Origin: Pelomyxa schiedti
Lineage: Eukaryota > Protista > Evosea
Reading direction: 5' to 3'
DNA length: 53,673 nucleotides
Assembly (NCBI GenBank): GCA_020536535.1
Contig: JAHLWZ010000753.1
Location: 1 to 53,673 of the forward strand
Position numbers and translations under genes: made by a program. Shown here piece after piece: positions 46,636-53,673 of the stretch (positions are counted from its first letter, which is position 1; the number at the start of each line of letters is the position of its first letter). Under the pieces are notes generated by a model that ran no database searches, was not told the origin of the DNA, and saw nothing but the letters and a program-made list of their open reading frames with translations.

Positions 46636-49372
46636 TCAAAGAGAGTGTGCATTGGTCGAACCTATGGAGCCAGCTGCAGAGGATGCGTGTGTAAGTTGCT
46701 GCCTTTGTGGAGATGGAGGAGGAGGATTCTTTGCTGGCAGTACAGAGATCCCAATTAGGAGATGTTTCTGAGCACAGTGCCACCTGATATTGCATTCCAA
46801 AGAGCACAGTGTAGCTTCTTTCCCATTCACAGGGTTTGTGCAATAGCCATCAACCAAAGATGTAATGTGTTTGCACCACATACAAGCTCGTTTCACCTTT
46901 GGCCAAGAACAAGTATCGTGGATGCAAACCTGGGATGTTGTATTGGATTCCATTTGAGGAGGAGCAAGTGCTAGACAAACACAAGACAAATAGTCACGTA
47001 TCATCTTTGGCCTGGGATTACCAGTAGCAACTTCAACAGCCTGTAGAAAGTTATTTAACTTCACAGGTAATGAACAAACATAGTTGTAACGGTAAGCATT
47101 ATTGAATAGAGCATAAAGAAGCATATCAAATGTGGCACGCCAGTAATATAATGATCGATGGTCCCGACGGATTTGCACAATGATGTGTTTATTTTTGTCC
47201 TCAAAGTTATGCACTTTGTTATACCTTCACCAGGGTGAAGGCATTAATATCAAACCAAATAGAATAAAGATTACAAGGAAATTGCAGAACAGCACTCAAC
47301 CTCTTTTCTTTGTTTAGCTTTTCGATCCCAAACCAGACGAGTAGTTCTTGTGGTTAAATTTGGGATATTTGTGAGGATGTTAATGATCTTCTTCTTTCGA
47401 TTTGCTGCAACTTTGGCATAATATGAAAGAGCCATCAAGTGTGGTGCCTGTGAAAATCACTTATCAAACTTTGAGGGGAGACCACACTTTTTTTCGATAT
47501 AGCACTTTAGTTTGCCATTTTCCAATTCCTTGATGGAGACGCTGGGTCCATAATAAATGTGGGCGACTGGAAGCACAGTTAGCCAGAACATGATACCCTT
47601 TGCAAATCAGTTAAGAAGAAACAGTTGCATGATCAACCTTTTTTGGCAATATAGCGAGCCAAAGCTAAAGAAGAAAGCTGACCTGCATCAGTGCAAATTA
47701 CATGTTCACCAATGTGTATTTTGTGTAATGTGGTCAAAAACATTGGCATCATTGTCTACAATGTGAATGACATTCAACAGTTACAAAAATGAACATACAG
47801 AAGATAAATTCTTCCCAGGAAGATCAGAGTCTTTCTCAATAGTAGCAGCAGAGGACAGCATGTTTTGACGAAACAACCAACCAACAATGATCTTCAAACA
47901 GTAACCTTCTTGATCAACCATCTTCCAAGAGAGAATGCCACATTTATCAGCTTTTTTGTTATTCTTTACTTTAATGCCACGGCCCTGCAGAAGTTAAATT
48001 ACAAGTTGTAACCAAGAGAACAGACAAACCACCCCCAGAGATCATCATCAATGGCAATATATGTTGCTGGTACCCAGAGTTTTTCAGCAAGAGTTTCAAT
48101 CAAATCAACAACATAGCCAAGATTGGCCTGGATGTGTTTACTTTGTTGGCAAAAAAAATTGTGAACTCACTTGAAGGTGTCTGTGAATGAAACACCACTC
48201 TTTCCAAGACATCAAATTTCGCATCCATTCATTTTTGTACAAAGGGTTATCACTCCAGTAATCTGCACAGTTCTCAACTTTCACTAAGCTTGTGTAAAAG
48301 TTAATCAAAAGTAAATTGTTTTGGTAACCTTGTGCAAAGAAGATGGCAAAGTAAATGACAAGTTTTTCTTTGGTCAGAATGTAAGGAATGTCAACTTGAT
48401 TGAAGCATCGCTGTTCTCTGGTTAGTTTGGCATTGGTTTGCTCCCAGATATGCTCCATTAAAGGATCAAAATGTTCATGAAACCCCACTAATGAGTGGTA
48501 CTGCTCTGGAAAGACCTGAGGATGGCCACCTTGTACTTTGGGGTTTGAAAATTGTGTATGATCTACAGTATCTCCCCAAGCATTCTATTTGGGTTAGGTA
48601 AATTAATAAAACTTGTGTTTACCCTTTCTTCATCATCCTCAGGAGTGGCATTTGAACGACGATGATTGCTTTGTGGTCTGGTTACTGGTGCAGGATCCAC
48701 ATTTGAGCCATCATCACTAGAGTAATTTCCTTCATCATCTTCAGGCTCCCAATCTAACAAAGATTAAATACTTTAACATGATGGCTTACCTTCAGTGTCA
48801 ATGTCATCTAGTGCCGCTTGGTGTGCTCCATAATCAACTCTCCGGATGAATTCTTCTTCAAATTCATCTTGACTCTCTGCTTCATCAACAAGAATTGATT
48901 GCATGCTTCCCAGCAAAGGCAGTGTACTTGGTTGTGATGGTTGTGTCAATTGTGTTTGCCCACCATCTAGCAAAGTGTAAACTTAAAAACAAATAATTGA
49001 CTTGTACTTTGGTTTGTGCCATCAACAAACACAGATGTAGTTGTTGATGTGGTTGGCATTGGAAGAAAACCAGTGACAGAACCTAAAGAAACAAATGGTG
49101 GAGCAAGTATGAGAGGAGGTGGTGGTTGGGTTGCTCCAAGGAGCCCTGCAGTTTGAGGGGGTGGTTGAAAAAGCTGAGATGAAGTTTGAGTGCATTGTGG
49201 TTGCACTTGGTTTGCAGGGTTTTCAGGGCATCGTGTCTTATTGTGCTCAAGAGAACGACAGATACTACATCGACCCCTTTGGGTACGAGAACGCTTAGCA
49301 GGGCTGCCTGACTTCCCCCTAATATTAATCAATAAACAACACAACTGTCAGTCACCACTTTGTTGATGGCAT
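46636..49372 (-). mobile_element. piggyBac-like transposase gene/remnant with introns
   Basis: IWEQTN, DYWSDN..LMSWKEWCFIHRHL, IAIDDDL, GRGIKVKNNKKADKCGILSWKMVDQEGY and a C-terminal Cys-rich domain CMWC..YC..LCSLECNIRWH follow the piggyBac (DDE_Tnp_1_7) motif order. TTAA-flanked TIRs were not found. Confidence 0.75.
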
Positions 49373-49800
49373 CCACGGCACTGTAAGCGATTTTTTAAAA
49401 AGGAAAAAAAAAAGAGCAGATTTCTGATAACCTCCAATCTCTGGAGGGTCAGCGCTTAGCGCACTACTCAAGCCTTTACACGGTGGTGTCGCCAAGTCGA
49501 GAGCGTTACAGCACCCCTTCCTTTTCCTTGCTCCCGCCTTGCTGCGGGTGTTCCCACCGCGATTCTAATCCTTTAGGATAGTTCTAAACAGTGTGTGTGG
49601 TGATGTCACGGCGACTGCTGATAGAACTATAGCCGATCTGGTCCAGTTTGGGTGAGTGTGATTTAGGTCTGCTGGGTGTGGGTTCTGAAACGGCCTCACC
49701 GCTAGAGAATAGCACTCCCAAACCAACACGTTGCAACCGATGGTCAATGCGCCGGAGTGAGTCCCACTGAGCTAGGTTCCACGAATCTGTTGGGACCCTG

Positions 49801-49897
49801 AGGGAGATCCAGGCGACACCTAGAACTGATTCTAGCGCCTTTATAAGGTGGGAACAACACCATCGTAGTTATTGCAAGCAAAAGCTAAAGTATAAAC
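49801..49897. repeat. Dispersed repeat, inverted copy of 1414-1513
   Basis: See 1414-1513. Confidence 0.85.
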
Positions 49898-50122
49898 AAT
49901 AAACTCTTGTGTTTGTATTCGGGCTTCTTTCTCCCTTACTACCCAAGTAAAACAACAACCATCAACACCCCAGCACACCTCACAGTGTGGTGGTCACTAT
50001 CCAAACCCAATCTACCTCGGCACAGTAACACACCCTTTCGACTTGCCTTTGAGTTGGGGGGGAAGGGGGGAAGAGAAAAAAGATTGGACTCTGAGCTGTT
50101 GCAAAGATACTTTAGTGTGTTA

Positions 50123-50269
50123 CACCCGTGTTCATCAAAATGAGAAAAACATGAATCTGAACGGCGGAGAGCGCAGATCTGGAGGTGGGGTGTTTGGTTG
50201 ATATTCTGGCAGATCTGCGTGCACCCCCCTTGATATCAATGATCATCCATTGGGGGTGGTACAAACACA
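50123..50269. repeat. Left terminal inverted repeat
   Basis: cacccgtgttcatcaaaatgag...acaaacaca. Confidence 0.95.
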
Positions 50270-50336
50270 GTTGCTCAGAGAATTTAAAGGATTTTTTTCT
50301 TTCTTTTACTTTAAACACCGAAAAGAATCGTGACTC

Positions 50337-52216
50337 ATGCCACGCACCATGGATAAGGAGGGAAGTGACAACAGCAGTTCTTCAGAAGATGAAGCCCAAT
50401 CACCAATTGTACCACGGTGTTGGTTGTGTCAACACATTGGTGATATGAAGACCTCACGGACAGTGTGTAATTACTGTTTACACAAGTTCCTTACCTTTTG
50501 AAAGGGAAAAGTAACTGTTTCGTGCCAATGTTCAGGCCATTTGGACAACCCATGTAGTGGTACATATTACTTTTGTTTTTTTCTTGATTTACTTACTGGA
50601 TACCTAAGGTTGTTCCTATTGTGAGGCGAACCTGAAAGATGGCTGCTGCTGTGAAAAACAGGTTAGGAAACCTGGAGAAACAAACTGTCAGAATTGTCAG
50701 AAGCAGCTTTGCACAAACTGCGAGTATGTAAGTTCTGCCTTGTATTTGACATCAATGTTATCCCAGGAAATGCTTATGTCGGTGTGTGGAAAAGTCTGAT
50801 GGAAAGACACATGCCTGGTGGGATTGGAAGCAGAGGTGCACCTTAAATTACGAGTTCCAAGCAGAGAAGAAGTGTAAGGAAACTGAAGCAAAGCTGGGAC
50901 AGAGCAAAAGAAAATCGCCAAGAAGCAGCCATTACTCCAAAGTGCGGGATAAGAAGCCAGAGGTTGAAAAGGCACTTAGGGAGCATCTACAAGCAGTACA
51001 ACACACAAGTATGTTATCATAAATTCGATGTAAAGTAATAAGCAATACAGGGCCATCAGCTTGTGTGAACATTGATAGTGACAGTGATAGTGAAGGTTTC
51101 CCTATGCGTCCCTCAGGATTGTCAGCTTCAAAGCGACCACGCACAGCAGACTGTGGTGATGGGCCTTCTGATTGTGGCCACAATTCGGCATCAAGCTGCA
51201 CAAGCACATGTTCAACAATGAAAGTCTCTCCTATGGCAAGTGAACCAACCTGTACAACAAGTAGTACAACGCAGAGTTGGCCACAAAAAGAAGCACTGAT
51301 AGCCAAGATCAAAGATTTTGAAGGTATGGTTCCTGTTATGGGTCATTTACTGACACTTGGAAGATTTCTTGTCGTTTTACCTTCACCCTGCCTGCAAAGG
51401 TGGTGTTGACACTGAGGAGATCCCAGTCTTCATGTTTGGAATACTCGAGGCATTACAGACATCAATCAGCTTCCCACGGATAGGTGTTAGTTTTCAATCC
51501 CTTGCTGCTGAGAGAATACACCAGTTCCGAGCTAGAACAGGTTCAGGCATTATTAATATAGTCGAATATAATTTAATATGCCACAAGGTGGTGACTCTGA
51601 GTCTTGGTTGGCGCCAGCTATGATAAGTGCCCCCACTTCTACTTGCACAACGACATCACTGTCCACGCAACCTTCGCGGACCCTCTCACCATCGCCGTCA
51701 CGTTCCTTGATGCCGGCTTCGCGGACCTCGTCACCATCACCATTACAGTCATTGCGGCGGGCCACCCGGTCCAAGTCTCGCTCCACATCGCAGGCCCCGC
51801 GGTCCTCATCACACTCCTCAACACCCTTCTTGAAACCATCAGATCTTAACAGCCAGCCGGCCGATCCCTCAGAGCAGCCCCCAGCCCAGGGAACACAACA
51901 GACCCAATCGTCAGCCCCACAAGGCAACCCAGTTCTTTCTGACTCCCAGCTCACTCCCGAAGAAATCCAGACAGCGTTGGATGCAATTCAGTCCTTACTG
52001 AGGAGTGAGCAGCCCTGTCCACCACCACTCACCACTTCATCTTCACAAGTTCCAGCCCCAGTGGTACAACATTGTCTTACTGTCGCTCTTCCTCCCTTGA
52101 ATCTGCCCTACAGGGAAACAGTGGCCGAACTTGCAAAAAAAGGTATATCAGAGCTGGACTACTTGCATTGGCTTCAGAAGGAAGGCTTCCCCCAAAACCA
52201 ACAAAACAAGCTTTAA
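50337..52216 (+). pseudogene. Transposon cargo gene: Cys-rich (multi-CxxC) protein with Ser/Pro-rich region, multi-exon, disrupted
   Basis: CWLCQH, CNYC, CSYC, CQNCQKQLCTNC, CLCRC; short GT-AG introns; in-frame TGA at 50499-50501. Confidence 0.62.
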
Positions 52217-52256
52217 AAAAAAACGTTTTTTAAAAACGAACTTCTGTTTAAATCCC

Positions 52257-53502
52257 TCACTCCATATCAACAAGTGGAGCACACCCACTGTAGGGGTGGT
52301 ATGGAAACCCAGGCACAAGGTAATGGCAGTGCGCAGCAAAACTACATACCAAAGGGCCTGTAATAAGCTCCGCCTCTGCATAGATACACTCTTTAAGATT
52401 GTGGGGGTTCACATCACTGCAGTACTTTCTCAGATTCTCCTTTATCTGAGAAAAGCAAGTTTCAATCCAGGCCATATCAGGTGAGGCAACAGGCCTAAGA
52501 AGAGTCAGTAAATAATCAACAAAAAGGAGAATACCTTCGAACAAGCTTGTGTCCTTCCCGTTCTACCAGCTCTCTAATGGACACATCCAGATGTGCCCGA
52601 TGGTTATCCATTAGACATACCCGTTTTTTGCCGCGAATTTGCGGAAGCAACAACTTCTTAAGCCAGCAATAAAATACATTCCTATCCATAGTCCCTGGGA
52701 AGACAAAAGGTGCAATTGCACCCACATTCACATCTGCGGCCATCAGTAAATTGAGGTGTTTGGAATATGGTGGCTGAAACATGTAAGCTACAATAGGGTA
52801 GTAGGAAGTCAAACTAATTCAACACGAACAGCTTGCCCTGGTAGTGCATATCCTGCTCTTCTCTGTATATCGTCCATGGAGCATCCCATTTCATCCATAT
52901 CAATCATACATTCTACTGCCACATTACAGATACTGCAGGACAGTTACATGGAAATATTGAAAGAAAAATACAACCCTTGAGGTGTGTCATACAGAGAATT
53001 CATCCACCATAAAACTCGTTGGCCCTACTTATTGATTAGCATGTTGACACACAAGAGAGCACTGGAAACAAACTTCCTGGTGGTGTCCAATCCGTTTCTT
53101 TGTATGTGTGCGATATCTAAGGCCTAGTAGTTTGGTGGCTCTACTTATATCAACACAACTATAGAAAAAATTAATACAAACTGCACTACAAGCTCTTAAT
53201 TACCTGATGTGTGTGCCTGGGTAGCTGTCCATTAGGAAATTTGCCAGTTCCTGTCGTCTTGAGGTTGGGTTCTCCAGTACGAAGTCTTTCAAGCTTGCTC
53301 TCATCTCGGTGGTGATCTTGGTAGGTCTTCCATGTCAGCGCATGTCGCAGTGGTCCAGGGACATGGCCCTGTGTCGGTACACTGTCGCAAGTGACACACC
53401 TTCCTCGGCGGCAACCACATGCGCAGTTTCGTTGTGTGAGCGTTCTGTCAAACGCCGGAACCTGTCATCAGCACTCACCCGGCAAACACCCTCCCGTGGC
53501 AT
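52257..53502 (-). pseudogene. DD34E transposase with introns and one nonsense codon
   Basis: HTH-like GVSLATVYR, GRPTKIT; first Asp in IDMDEMG. Removing intron 52534-52495 gives MDNHRAH..KLVRRPVASPDMAWIE, with exactly 34 residues between D and E. TGA at 53335-53337 where the other copy has CGA. Confidence 0.9.
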
Positions 53503-53527
53503 CGTCCACGATTTTCTTTTAGTGAAA

Positions 53528-53673
53528 TGTGTTTGTACCACCCCCAATGGAGGATCATTGATATCAAGGGGGGTGCACGCAGATCTGCCAGAATATCAAC
53601 CAAACACCCCACCTCCAGATCTGCGCTCTCCGCCGTTCAGATTCATGTTTTTCTCATTTTGATGAACACGGGT
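53528..53673. repeat. Right terminal inverted repeat
   Basis: tgtgtttgt...ctcattttgatgaacacgggt. Confidence 0.95.

Larger units (their letters stand above)
50123..53673. mobile_element. Tc1/IS630-mariner superfamily DNA transposon (~3.55 kb) with TIRs, transposase and cargo gene
   Basis: TA at 50121-50122 followed by a TIR at 50123-50269, which is the reverse complement of 53528-53673 (one mismatch seen; the window ends 1 nt short of the element end). Confidence 0.93.

Noticed and set aside
49610-49700. Hammerhead-ribozyme-like CTGATAGA...GAAAC
   Set aside because: The core does not match CUGANGA spacing and I could not build stems I and III.

Overview
Eukaryotic microbial (protist-like) genomic DNA. 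It has short GT-AG introns (mostly 40-80 bp), compact genes and one 100-N gap (38693-38792). The lineage-specific gene families recall the archamoeba Pelomyxa, but this is recollection and was not verified. The main feature is a head-to-head biosynthetic gene pair. On the minus strand, 21650->5262 splices by hand through 7 canonical, frame-preserving introns into ONE ~5,332-aa hybrid megasynthase: KS-AT-DH[with embedded C-MT]-psiKR-ER-KR-ACP-(fungal-FAS/SAT-type acyltransferase)-T-C-A-T-C-A-T. It has no TE/R release domain, its two A-core regions are apparently identical over 1,420 bp, and it ends in the peroxisomal targeting tripeptide SKL. A second, intronless KS-AT-carrier PKS gene starts 291 bp away on the plus strand. 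The window is bracketed by two copies of a ~3.55-kb DD34E Tc1/IS630-type transposon carrying a convergent Cys-rich cargo gene: one copy is essentially complete with ~147-bp TIRs, the other is truncated. Also present are DPH5, an ankyrin-kinase, three tandem F-box paralogues, an ankyrin/F-box gene, members of an unknown expanded family, a piggyBac-like remnant, and scrambled SLU7 and sulfurtransferase fragments at the gap.
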